Shown here piece by piece: positions 46,786 to 58,614 of a stretch of 64,000 nt of DNA; within the stretch, counting starts at the first letter, position 1; each line of letters opens with the position of its first letter. Under the pieces are notes generated by a model. That model saw nothing but the letters and a program-made list of their open reading frames with translations. It ran no database searches and was not told the origin of the DNA. The stretch covers positions 5,755,220 to 5,819,219 of the forward strand of contig MU054323.1 in the NCBI GenBank assembly GCA_013239625.1, given 5' to 3'. Made by a program: the position numbers and the translations under genes. The DNA is from Lama guanicoe (Eukaryota).

Positions 46786-49749
46786 TAAGACGGGAACAAG
46801 AATAGTCTAGGCTGAAAGCCTCCAGAATTCTTCACATTCCTTAATCTATTCCATTTGTCCCTAAAGAGGAAGAACCTTTTATCACCTAGAACAGGTGAAA
46901 TGCATGCCTCTTTGTGGGAAAAAAAATGAGCAAATGCAACTGTCTGCCCTTTGGGGATGACCAAAGAAGGATCTAGGGAAGGAGAGGACCTAAAATATCT
47001 TTTCAGACACTGGTTGAGCGGGGAGTGGATGCATGCGAGGCCACCTTAAGCCTCGATGCCCTGAAGAAGCAAGCATTGGGCCAAATTCCGGGACTTCCAG
47101 TCGCTACAGACACGTGCTGAGGGCTTGGAGAGCATCCCTCTCCTGTGCCCCACACTGTGTCACCACGGGGGCACTTTCTCCCTTGCTCCCCTCAGAGGTG
47201 AGCCCCTAGCTCTCTCCAGCATGACCACAACCAGGTCCATGGCTGAGCAGCCTCAGTCAAGGCTAGCTGGTTTTTCACTTGGTCATGATTATAGGAATAG
47301 TATTTTTCAACAGGAGGGCAGATTAAGAAAGGTACTATCACATGACATAGAAAGATCAAGAAGTGAGTACATAGAGAAGAAATAGTGAGGGACAGTGCCA
47401 GCTGCCTGCTGCAGACGGCTTTGGATCTGGTCCCATTGATTTGTTCATCTGTGTCTCTCTGCATCCCCAATGGGAGCCAGGCACCATGACAGATCCCGGC
47501 TGGTGAAGCGTTAGAGCCGGGTCGGGGGGACACACAAAACAAGCGGGCCCAGGCATAAGGCAGGCACTCGTGTTTCTGCAATCTAGGCAGGCCATGAAGA
47601 GCACCGGGAGTGCTGTGGACATGCCTCACACTTGATAGGGTTCTCTAGCAAGTCCGCCCTCAGTGCTGGCATCCCCGGAACATTCTTCTCTCCCTGAGGG
47701 CGGGAATATTACCAAACAAGAGGTGTAGTCAGGCATGCTGGAAAGTGGGCCATCAAAGCCTGGATTACAACGAAGAGAAAAAGCGCCAGGCCACACCTCC
47801 ACGGGAAAAGAGAGGGAAGCCACAGGGTGGGCGGGGACAGGAGTCAGGTGCAGAAGGCTTGACACAAACTGCTCCTTGTAGAGCAGAGGACGTTGGAGCT
47901 TGCTGGAGCCCAGAGATCCATTCCCGGGGAAAGTGGGGAGAGAGAAAACACCCAGTCATCTCACAAGGCCCAGAGATGCAGGAAATCCTAACAGGAGGAG
48001 GTGCAGGGGAGGCCAGGAGACACAGAGACATGGAGAGACTGGGAGAGGCCTCAGTGAGGGAAAGATGCTGCCCAGGTCATTATTAGGCATGACAGTGGCC
48101 TCCTGCCAGTGGGCACAGCCTTGCCCCCAGCCCTGGACAGTCACTAGTCTCCCTCTGTGAGGAGTTCACTGTCAAGAGCTGTGGAACGTCGCAGATTTCA
48201 TCCTCTTGCCAGCTAACAAGTCAGCCTCCTTTCTACAGATAAGGGTAGAAGACATGAAATAAAGCTCTTTATTCCTCACCGCCCAGCAGGCAGCATGAGC
48301 ACTGCATTTGCATTGGTGCCTCTTGTCCACCCAAGTCCCATGCAGACAATCTTGTCCACCCGAGTCCCACAGGGACCATGTGGAGGGGCCCAGGCAGATG
48401 CTGCACACACAGTAGGTCTGCTTCACAGCTGACGGAATCCAAGCTTAGAAAACCCAAACCTTTCAAAATGGGCATAAACCCACCTGGCTTTTGTCCTGGA
48501 GGGAGTCATTCTCTTTACTATACTGGGCAGTAAAAATACCTGCTATCTGCTCTTTACCCCGGAGGGAGACACTATCTGTATCTTCCAAGGCTGTTTGCTG
48601 TACACATATCCCAGAAGACAGAGTCTAGAACAAAGGCCGTCAGTGCCTCTGCTCACAAGACTTGCAGAAATGCCAGAAACCCCCAGAGAATCGTCTTGCA
48701 ACACTCACAAACTGCAGAGAGATAGAGTCCTACCCCCTCCGAGACAGCTCCCGCCTCGTCCCTGGGGAGAGCACAGGATGGAGCAGGCAGGGACGCTGCA
48801 GGGAGGGGAAGTCCTTGAGCCTTATCTTGAGGGGTGGCTGAGACAGACTCACGCTAGAGAGGCTCATTCTGAAGAACGCATCCTCTAAATTCCACTCTAA
48901 AACATGGGTCCTCCAGGGTCCAGGGACCAGAGAAGAAAAGAACCATGCGTGGACAAACAGAATCCCCTCTGTGCTCCCCCAGGGAAGATGATGCTCTGGG
49001 GATGTTTTTAGAATTGCTTAAAATCTGAATCGCATTTGAGGCCATTCTGTGGCCCCTGAATGAGCACCCCTTACAGCTCTCAAACTCCTTCCTCTCTCTG
49101 TGACACGTGGCACCCCCCCCCCCCAGTACCGGTGTCCCCAGAGTCACCCAAACACAGCCTGGAGGATCCTGCCCTCTGGGTTCGCTCGCTGAAGCAGCCA
49201 GAGCGGGGAAGGGGCCTGCCAACGTGCCTTCCTCTCCACAGCAGGCAGGTGTGAGAAACCTAGAGTTGAGTCATCTGTCTTATCTACGGCCCTCACTGAG
49301 GAGATTAATTCACGAACCTTGCATTCAGAAGGCAGGTCAGATGGCCATTTCAGTGACTCCTCAGACCATTCTGCCTTTTCCTGTGGGGGCCCACCTGGCA
49401 GCCAGGACCACTCAGGGTCACTCTCCTGAAGTGTAAGTTCCCAGACGTAAGTCACAGCCCATCACAACGCCCTGCCCTTTCTCACAGAATTTTTAAAGCA
49501 GAGGGGGCACATACCATATCACAGGATTCTCCGTCTGAAGAGCCCCCTCTGAGGAGCTCTCCAGAGGTTTCCACAAGCCCCTAATCTTCTGCCCCTCTCT
49601 CCAGGATCTCTTAAACAAATGTTATGTGATCAATTACTGCATTGGCCTATTTAATTGATTTATATGCCCTTTAAAAAGCTTTACACTGCACAGGAAACAC
49701 ATCTATCATAATCCTTGATTGAATTGGCAAAAGGAGAAGGGAGAAAGGG

Positions 49750-49975
49750 TATTAAAATTTATTGAGCACTTATTATGCGCCAGGTAATACACACAGTACT
49801 TTGCATACATTATTGAGTTTAATCCTCACGACCGCCCTGTGAAGTGGGCATTTTTCCCTACTTAGTAGATGAGGAAACTGAGACCTACAGAGGTTCAGGG
49901 ACCTGCCCACGGTTACAAGGCTATCAGCTGCAAGAAGCAGGATTCAAACACAGCTCTGATTCCAGGCCAACATCT
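49750..49975 (-). mobile_element. MIR SINE, near full length
   Basis: 'ttattgagcacttattatgcgccagg...tttaatcctcacgaccgccctgtgaagtgggca...gatgaggaaactgag...ggattcaaac'. Confidence 0.9.
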
Positions 49976-50319
49976 ACTTCAGGATTTAAATACCACATGT
50001 TTGTATGAAAAGTTGTGAATCAGGAATACGCCCGTGTTGCAGCAGTGTTTCAGTGAGGAAATAAGATCTGATTTGCACTGTTCCCTTGCAACACATCTCT
50101 CACGACACCTGGCCGTGCCCGTGTGCACATCCCACACTCACGGGCAATGGCAGAGGGGAGGGCTGAAGAAGGAGGTGCTGAGGGACAAGGTAAGGGTGTT
50201 TACAAAGCATGAGAGTTTTCTCTCTAAACATTAACACTTTTTAGGAAATTCCAGCTAGTGAAAAAAAAAAAAGTCTTCAACTATTTCTACTCAATGCCAT
50301 TGTGAAAGGGTGCAGAGAA

Positions 50320-50590
50320 CATTCATTTATCCAACAACGGTTTATAGGAGATAAGTCACTATGTGTGTGTGGGCACAGGGAGACAGCTGAGGACCAGCCA
50401 CTTACCGTCCCTCAGAGCCCATATTCTAGAAGCTGAAGCGATGCTCAAAATCAGAAACAGCCAGTTAGGCACAGCCCTGAGCAGGCAGAACAGACACAGA
50501 TACCAGTGCTGGGCAGAGTCCAGGGCAGGGGACAGATGATCTGAGACTGGAGGAGAAACCCTGTACCTTCTCTTCATGACACAGATGAGC
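50320..50590 (-). mobile_element. LINE-2 fragment
   Basis: 'attcatttatccaacaa...cactatgtg...ccctcagagcccatattctag'. Confidence 0.6.
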
Positions 50591-50636
50591 ACTGTCAATC
50601 CAATCAGATGGAGCCCAAAGACCAAAGTCTGCTTGG

Positions 50637-50700
50637 TCTATTAGTCTGGTTTCTCCAGAGAAACAGAACCTAGGATGAGATAGGTAGGTAGGTAGGTAGG

Positions 50701-50735
<35 letters not shown>

Positions 50736-51135
50736 GCAGGCAGACAGACAGACAGGGATTATAAGGAATTTCTTAATCAAGTTATGGAGGCAGAGAAGTC
50801 CCAAGAGCTATAGATCTAGAAGCTGGAGACCCAGGAGAGCCAATGGTAAAGTTCCAGTCTGAGTCTGAGTCCAAACGCAGGAGAAGGCCAACATCTCAGG
50901 TCAAGTCAGTCAAAAGAGTTGCTTCTTATTCACAGTAAGGTCAGCCTTTTGTTCTATGGAAGCCATCAACTGATTGGATAAGGCCCACCGACATTGGGGA
51001 GGGGAATCTGCTTTACTCAGTCTATTGACTGGAATGTTAATCTCATCCAAAACACTCTCACACACCCAGAATAATGTTTGACCCAGTATCTAAGCATCCC
51101 ATGGCCATCAAGTTGACATAAAATTAAACCTCACA
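50637..51135 (-). mobile_element. ERVL solo LTR (MLT2B-like) containing a (TAGG)n(TAGA)n microsatellite at 50681-50734
   Basis: 'tattagtctggtttctccagagaaacagaac...ggagacccaggagagccaatgg...aatctgctttactcagtcta...aagttgacataaaattaaacctcaca'. Confidence 0.92.
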
Positions 51136-52648
51136 CTCAAAGTATTTATCCTTTACTAAGTAGAACCAAGCTGTTGAGTTCTTTCATTTTGTGTCTGTTT
51201 TGTAGTTTTCCTGTCTCTTATTACCAGACTGTCTGCTGTCACTGTTGGTGGTTGCTATCCCTGCCCACAGATGAACCTCTCCTCATTTCTAATTCACTCT
51301 GGGTTTTAAAACAAGAATGCTGCTCTAGTTGGAATTTAAGAAACTTGAATGGATTCACAGACCTGGAGGTAAAATGCTGGAGATACAGAGCAAACATTTT
51401 GTGACATCTCTTTTATCTTCTCAGGGGAACATTTTTTGCTTCTATTCTGATTCTTAGAGCTGTGATCTAGATAAGGCAAGTTACCAGATAACATGGAGAC
51501 TTTCTGTATCAGAGTGAGTTAAACAAAATTGAAATAATAACAAAGAGCAAGTCACGTAGGAATGTTTCCACACCTTCACGGGGCAGTTTGGTATTCAGGA
51601 ATCACAAAACACAACAAATGTGAAGATAGATAGCAAAACAAACCCGATCCTCCCAGCTTTTCTGTCTATTTAAGTTATCCTAGGAAGAATAATTTGCTCT
51701 AAAGCCAACAGAAAAAAAACCTTCACTGCGACTTCCAGCCTATAAGCTAGTCAGGTCCCATCAGAGAGTTTCCAAAAACAATAGGTTTTTATTTTTTAAA
51801 ATGATCGGAACATTCAGTACTCAACACACAAAAAAAGTAGCAACCATTCTGCTTGGCACCATTTTATCAAATGTGAGTGTCAAATTTTTTATAGCTTCAA
51901 ATTAACAACAAGGAGCTGTAATTTTTGTGTTTGTTTGTTTAAAAGACCAGCAGAGATTTTTCTTTTGCTTGTTTAAGCTTCATTTAATTCAAGCTCCAAT
52001 CTGCCCCTCTTTGATTGCATTTCCAAATCCTAAATAAAAGTGATAACTCTTTCTGCCAATTGTAACAAACTGTTGGTGCCATGTTATTGCTTTTTGGAAA
52101 AAAAAAGCAAAAGAAAAGGAAGAAGAAAGAAAGAAAAAGAAAAAAAATTGTTTAATACTTAGCTGACAATATTATCCAAAAGTGGGGAGAAAACCCTGGA
52201 CTTTCAAAACCACCCACTATATGTGTAACAACCTCTTTACTGAGTTCATGAGTTCATGTATCTTCTTTATTGTTCTTCATAAACAGGCTATTGGATCTCT
52301 CTAGCTTGCAATGTGAAAAAGGAAAGAATTCCCTCCCATCCGTGCCTCTCTTATCTCATAATTGTTTTGTTCTGAGAGGTAGGGGAGACCCGTATAAATG
52401 TCTCCGCTGTTTTATTTGTCCTCTCCAAGCCCATTCATGCTTTTCTCCAGGGCTTTTGACTCCTGTTCTGTTTCTGCTTGAACCACTACCTGCTTACTGT
52501 TCTCTGCATCAAACCCCACTAAAGTGTTTGAGATTTCATTTCACAGGGTGATGTAAGAGAGATAAGAGTCAAAGGCACGTTGAAAGCCACTTTCCAGCGT
52601 GTCTGTGCGGGGTAGGTTGGAGGTAGAGACGCTTAAGGAACAGCTCAC

Positions 52649-52941
52649 CTGACATCACAGAGAACATCCCGGTTGGGGTCTGCGACGTCCTCGTGCAGCG
52701 CGAGCATTCAGCCGCCTCTCTTCTCTGTTCCTTCCGGAGGGCCCTGTGGCTGTGCCTTCTGCTCCTGCTGCTGCAGCCTCAGAGGATCCCCCTTCTCTCT
52801 GAGCTCCAGCCTCATCGTCCTCCCCATAAAGCTGAGGTCCTCCCACGACAAGAACAGCCCTTATCAGACACAGGCAGGTCTGAGAGTCTGCAGAGGGGCT
52901 TGCTGGGGAGAAGGCAGAGTTTTTCAATGTAGTTAACTGTC
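52649..52941 (-). other. Candidate 293-nt internal exon (5'UTR or lncRNA) with a 39-codon uORF
   Basis: Acceptor catctcctatatttatag|GAC and donor CAG|gtgagc. The body is purine-rich, retains CpGs, and is compositionally distinct from its flanks. Host gene not recognised. Confidence 0.6.
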
Positions 52942-53104
52942 CTATAAATATAGGAGATGCACACTCCAGGAAGAGACCATGGAAAGGAGTCTGGAGGGGG
53001 AAAAAAACCGTTTACTAAATCCAAGTTCCTCAGTGATATGCATTAGTGCACGCATATCAGATCTGAGTATTGGAGCAGTTCCATGTAAAGAAAACCACGA
53101 ACAC

Positions 53105-53476
53105 TCATTAGTCAGGCTCTGCTGGGATGGTGCTTTGTAACAAATAATCCACAACTCTCAGTGGCTTACAACAGACATCTCTTTCTCTTCATTCATGGGT
53201 CCACAGGTTGGCTGGACTCAGCTGGGCTTGGGTAGATCTGCTCCATGTGTCTCTCCATCATGGAACCGGGATTCACCCAGGGTATACATACCTCATCATG
53301 GAGGCAGGAGCACCGGAGGGCAAACCTAAACATTCAAGGCCCAGGCACACTTTTGCCATCGAGCACTGGTTACACAGCCATGCCCAAAGTGGATGAGGCA
53401 AATAAACACGCACCATCCTGAGAAGGAAGAGAGAGGGGTACTGAGTGACTGCTCAACAGCAATTCTATCTACCACA
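53105..53476 (-). mobile_element. Old MaLR LTR (MLT1J-like)
   Basis: 'ttagtcagg...gtaacaaataatccacaactctcagtggcttacaaca...tctgctccatgtgtctctc...aacagcaattctatctaccaca'. Confidence 0.8.
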
Positions 53477-53639
53477 AACACACACACACACACGCACACG
53501 CACAGACAGACTTACAGGGCCAGAGAGAACTGCTTTTCAGCGAGGCCACAAGTCCTATAAAACAAGTGCCTGCCCTTTTCACCTGTCCTATGCTTGTTGG
53601 AGCAGCTCAACAAGGACAATTTTGAATGTGGAACTGAAG

Positions 53640-54010
53640 GCAATTTTAAAAGCCATCTAGTCCCACATCTTCACCAAGGGAAGTTTTTAGTAACAGCTCC
53701 AGTAATGGCAACCCACTCTAAGCACACAAAATGAGTCTTCTCCCACAGTATGGTAATGACTCAGTTATCAGTGTCTAGCACATAGGTATCCCCTAAGCCT
53801 TCCCTTTTCTAAGTGAAAGGCTTGAGTTTCTTTCTGTCAAAGCCCATGGTTTCGAGTCCCAGTTTCCTCCAGGCACCCACCATTTTGTTAACATACTTCT
53901 CATGCTGAGAACCCAGAACTGTGCCCAGAGCTCCAGAACTACCACAACTGTGTAAGCAGAACGGGGTGATGCTCTCCCTGGTTCTGAGCAAGTATCCGTC
54001 AGACAGTGAC
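53640..54010 (-). mobile_element. CR1/L3 LINE 3' ORF2 remnant
   Basis: Minus-strand frames give RTRESITPF…LELWAQFW…GLETM…LRKGK. These match the CR1 reverse-transcriptase C-terminal motif SREVIVPLY…LEYCVQFW…GLE…LEKRRL. Confidence 0.75.
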
Positions 54011-54079
54011 CAGTCATATGTCTTACTCAAGTTGCATTTAAAGTCTCCTGGAGTCAAGACAGTCTTACATGTCCTGCTT

Positions 54080-54620
54080 AACCATCATCAGTAAGTACTT
54101 ATGGGGCTCGTGTGACATGGCCTGCATCCTGCCAGTGCTGGGGATGTGGTGGTAAGGAGAATTGTCAAAAGTGTCCAGGCTCTTCTGGAGGCTACTTGGA
54201 GAGACAGATAAGAAATAAGTAAAGAGACCAAAAAATAAGAAAATTGAAATACATGCTATGAAGAAAAAGAATAGGTAATACGAGGAGGGGAGAGGGAAAA
54301 ATAAGTCGGATGTGGTGGCCAGGGATGGCCCCTCCAAGTAGGTGAATTCCTGACGTCTGAGAAGGAGGCCAAGGAAGCTGGCCAGGCAGGAGTCAGCCCT
54401 GCAGCAGGAAAGGGCTGAGACGTGAAGGCAGCTGAAGGCAGGCCAGGTGGCAGGACCCAGAGACGGCGAAGGGTCAACAGGTCCAGTTGGCCGTGAAAGG
54501 AGCAGAGTTCATTCTGAGTGCAGGAAGAAGACACTGGTGCATTTTAGGCAAAAAAAGGGCATGATGCACCTTGGGTCTTGAGCACATCCTTAGCATCCTG
54601 AGTGTGGGCATCCGTGCACA
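54080..54620 (-). mobile_element. LINE-2 fragment (L2a-like)
   Basis: 'atcagtaagtacttatgggg...gtggccagggatggcccctcc...aggagcagagttcattctgagtgc...attttaggca'. Confidence 0.7.
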
Positions 54621-55504
54621 GGTATCCATGCAGTCCTTTGTGGAGAGAAGGCCTAGCTGGGAAACTTGAAGTCCGCCCCACTGAGTTTCTCTTTGTAAAT
54701 TTAGGCCCCTTGATGCAGCCTGTCAGCCAACAAGCCAGCTTTACCTCACAGCTCTGTGGCACAGACACAGGCCAGGCAAGGAGGAGATGTGACTCTAATG
54801 GGTGAACAGCAGAGCCCTCAGGCACATCACCTGAGATAGAGAAAGAATAAAGATTTGACAGAACTTTAAAAGCAGAGCCTTCAGCAGCCCTGATTTTCAG
54901 GAACATGTGGCTCGTCTTCGTAAACAGCCAGCTCCATGGTGAGGAAAGAGTCCTGGGTGACGAGCAAAGGTGTACAAAGCTGCACCCTCCAGGAAACAGC
55001 AATACAAAGCACCTTCCTAACCAGCCGAGCTGGAGCTGGTGTCAGACACCCCCGGAGTCTTACCAGGTTGGGAGGAAGAGAACTCGGCGCACTGCTTGTG
55101 CAGACTCGCCGGCAGGTCGGGGTGACCCCTGCTTGGTGGGCCGGTGCTCGGCCCGCTGGGATGGCACTGCCCCACCTTCTCCCCCAGCCATCGCCATGGG
55201 CCACTGAGCCAGTCTGGACCAAGCCAATAGGATGTGCGGAGACCAGAGGACTAGTGAGGAAGTAGGGGGTCCTTCAAGCGCAGCCCAGCGGGCGTGGAAA
55301 CTTGAGAGTCTGACCCGCAGAGACGAAGGAGTAGCTGTCAGCACAGATAAGACAGACAGAGGAAGGGCTGTGGATAATCAGAGGCTTAGAGTTACCGAAG
55401 ACTCTCCTGAGCCCACATGCAGGAAGGCTCTGAGAGACGCAGGAGACACCCGCTGATTAGCTAGGGGTCCAGGGAACGCTGGCAAGTCTCACCGAACCAA
55501 AAAA

Positions 55505-55566
55505 TACATAGATAGAGATAAAGATATGTAGATAGCGACAGAGATAGACAGATAGATAGGGATACA
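55505..55566. repeat. Degenerate (GATA)n repeat
   Basis: Read directly from the sequence. Confidence 0.8.
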
Positions 55567-56014
55567 TCTTACTAGCAGGCATCTTTTTTTCAGTAAGTGA
55601 CCTCCCTCAAGGAGCAAGAAACTCTGGAAAAGGAAGTTATGACTGAGAGGGTGGGCACAGCTTTTGCGGAGAACAAAGGGAAGGGAGCGCCAGGCAGCTG
55701 AAGGATGTTCTGTCTCACCCATTGCCTTTCTCTGCCTCCTCTCCTGCCCAGCCTCAGGGGGACTCTGTCCTTTGTCACGTGGTGTCCTTCTTCCTTACTT
55801 CAGCCTTGTGATCTTGTCTGAATAACAGACTTCAAGGGTCAAACCCAAATTATTGAGAAGGAGGTGTTTCAAACTTCTAATCCTCATTACATTTTTCTGA
55901 GACAAAACAGATTTTAAATCAATATTATGGTGTAATCCTATATTTAAAAACATAGTATCTATTACTATAATGGACAGAGTATTTATATATGCACATATAC
56001 AGAGGGGCAAAAGT

Positions 56015-56310
56015 CTGACAGAGGAGTTTTAGGGCAGTGAAATTCTGTCTGATACTATAATAGTGGGTGCATATCATTATCTGTTTGTCCAAATCCATAG
56101 AATGTACAACACCAAGGGTGAACCCTAATGTCAACCATGGACTTTGGGTGATAATGACCCCCTCTGGCGGGGGATGTTGGTGACGGGGAAGGCTGTGCAT
56201 GTGTAGGGGCAGGGAATACACGGAAACCTCCAGACCTTCCTCTCAGTTTTGCAGTGAATCTCAAACCACATCAGTGGGTTTTTTTCTCTAAAAAAATACA
56301 ATCTTTATCT
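56015..56310 (+). mobile_element. L1 3' end (L1MC1/2-like)
   Basis: 'ttttagggcagtgaaa...ccatagaatgtacaacaccaagggtgaaccctaatgtcaaccatggactttgggtgataatg...ggggaaggctgtgcatgtgtaggggcaggg'. Confidence 0.9.
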
Positions 56311-56959
56311 TTAACAAAGTTGATCAGATATTTATCAGACAGATTATAGTCTTCTGCATTCATTTATTCCCTTGGAAACTTGTAAGAACCTGCTACGTTA
56401 GACATTTTACCAGCCCTGAGTATCAGAATTTAACTAATTTAAGTAATTTACATTTCTTTCTTCATTCTCTCTTTCTTTTCATATGTCTTTATTTCTCATC
56501 TTTAAAGGCAACATATAATGATAGTGAACCAAAAAGAAAGAGCTTCAGAGCAGGCCTCCTCCTCGCACCTGCCCCTACTCCCTCCTCCCGGGTCTCACAC
56601 CCCAGGCTAGGCACCCTGCGGGAGAAGCTTCAGACTTTACTGCAGCGTTTGGACATGAAGTTCCTGCTCTGCTCTTGGCCATAAAACCCCCCTGAAGCTC
56701 AGAGGAAGCCCCACCCAGCAGCAATTCCTAGGGCTAGGATCTGGGTGGCTGTGAAGAGCCCTGTCATCTCACCGAGGTAATATGGTTCTTAGTTCACGCA
56801 GCACTGGAGAGGCAGCAAAGGCGATAAATGGAATTTCTGCTCAGTGAGTTGATGATAATAATAAATAAGGCCTTTTCTCCAAAGGCTTGAAATCTGTTGG
56901 CTCATTTCAATGCACAAAATTATTCATTTAAAAAATCCTCCCCACAGACTTGAAGTAGG

Positions 56960-57330
56960 TGGGGGATTAGTAATCATTAACCCCATTTTGCAGATGGAGA
57001 AACCAGGACCCAGCAGGAGCTGAAGCTCATAACCACTGGCAAAGCAGGCGGCCTGACTCCCCAGCCAGTGCCCTATTTGGAGAGGGTGCGATCCCAGCCT
57101 CAAGCTGGCACTGGAAACACAGGCCCAGAAAGTCGTTTCTGTATCCTGAAGAGTCTATGTTGAATTCTCCATCTCTTCTTCTAACTGCTTCCCTCCTCTG
57201 TCTCGGAGCTCCCCGAGCATCAGGCTAACATCTCTTGCTCTTCCTCTGTCCTCCCAAGACTAAGAAGACTGAGGGCAGAGTCCAGACACCCCCTCTGCAT
57301 CCCTCACACTGAATGTGCTCAGGACAGGGC
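56960..57330. mobile_element. MIR (minus) plus an L2 3' remnant
   Basis: 'cattaaccccattttgcagatggagaaac' and 'ctaagaagactgagggcagag...ctctgcatccctcacac'. Confidence 0.6.
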
Positions 57331-58595
57331 CCCCCAAAGACCGCTTATGCTTGGTGATTGATGATGCCTGGACCAGCAGAACCGTAGCAAAATAACTTCT
57401 CTGGTCCAGGCTCTGATATTTGCCAGGAGAATATTGCCTGGGGAGGCAGAGGCAGTCATGTGGCTCCGAGCAGGGACAGGACATCCTTCTCCTGCTCTGC
57501 CTTTGACTGTCAGAGCTTCCAGGCTCGGGTAACCATGGTAATCACCAGCATTAACCACGGCAGTGACAGGAGCCTCAGCCAGCCGGCTCTGACCTGCTCC
57601 TACTGCAGCTGGTACACCAGCTTCCTGCCACCCATGGGCCCCCAGCTCTCACCCCTGCTGCCTGTGCCCAGGGGCTGCGAAAGATGGTCTACCTACCAGA
57701 CCCAGCAGTCAACGCTGGAGGGAGAAATGGGCCCTGAGCCTCGGGTACCTGAGCGGGGCCTGGGGCACAAGAAGTCTAGGATGTGGCCATGTTGGTGGTA
57801 GCCAAGGACCAGGGCTCATTCTCTGAACTCCCTGTCCAGTCCTATCCCTGCCTTCAAAGACAGCAGCCCTCAGCCAGTCACCAGAGGAGGCCAGCCTGAC
57901 CTGAACCTATGGGAGCCCCTCCTGGCAGAAATTAGGGGCATCCATAAGCAACCTTCCTTTGCCCTTGAACTAAGGGCCATGTCAAAAAAGCCACAGCTGA
58001 CTCATTCTTGTGAAATTTGGGTGCTGCCCCTCTGACCCACCCCACCATGCCCATCAGCTCCACTGACCCCATGTTTGAGATTTGGGGAGCCAGCTTTCCC
58101 TATCCCCTGACCTCTGACACCAGCTGCATATCCTACCAGCCTGGCCTCACTTCCTCCTAAGCTGGCTCTCCACCTTTCCCTCCTGTCAAGCACTGAACTG
58201 TTTTTCCAGGTGGCACAGGGCTGAGGCACTGCCGAGAACCCAGGAACCTGTCCTTGGCAGCTCTGAGGGCCAGACCAGACTCCCCACAGAGGAACGAACT
58301 GAGGCGTTTTCTCAGGTCTTCGGGTCCTGGGAGCACAGGACAGCTTCTCTGGGCTCCCAGAATCCTGGCCACAGAAGCCCCAGGGTTTGCAGCAGGCCTG
58401 AGACTGTACCCCGGACTCAAGGGCTCTGCAAATTCCTGACAAACAGCACTAAGGATGCTTGAGTCCAGCTGCTTCTGAGACATCTTTCAATGGTAAAGGG
58501 CAAAGGAGGGAGTTTCCCAGGAACCTCCAAGCCCTGGCTGCCGCCCACCCCGACTCCAGGCCTGGGAACCCAGCGCTGGTGACAGAAAATGACAC

Positions 58596-58614
58596 AGCAC
58601 TCCCTCTAGTGGCG
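58596..58614 (-). promoter_or_regulatory. CTCF-like motif
   Basis: Minus strand reads CGCCACTAGAGGGAGTGCT, one core mismatch to CCASYAGRKGGCR, inside a CpG-retaining patch. Confidence 0.5.

Noticed and set aside
46686..50755. (TGGA)n and (TAGG/TAGA)n arrays as CRISPR-like or functional arrays
   Set aside because: Simple microsatellites arising from an L2 tail and an MLT2 LTR. No spacers; eukaryotic DNA.
56157..56172. CTCF-like CCGCCAGAGGGGG on the minus strand
   Set aside because: Lies inside an L1MC 3' end and matches the motif less well.
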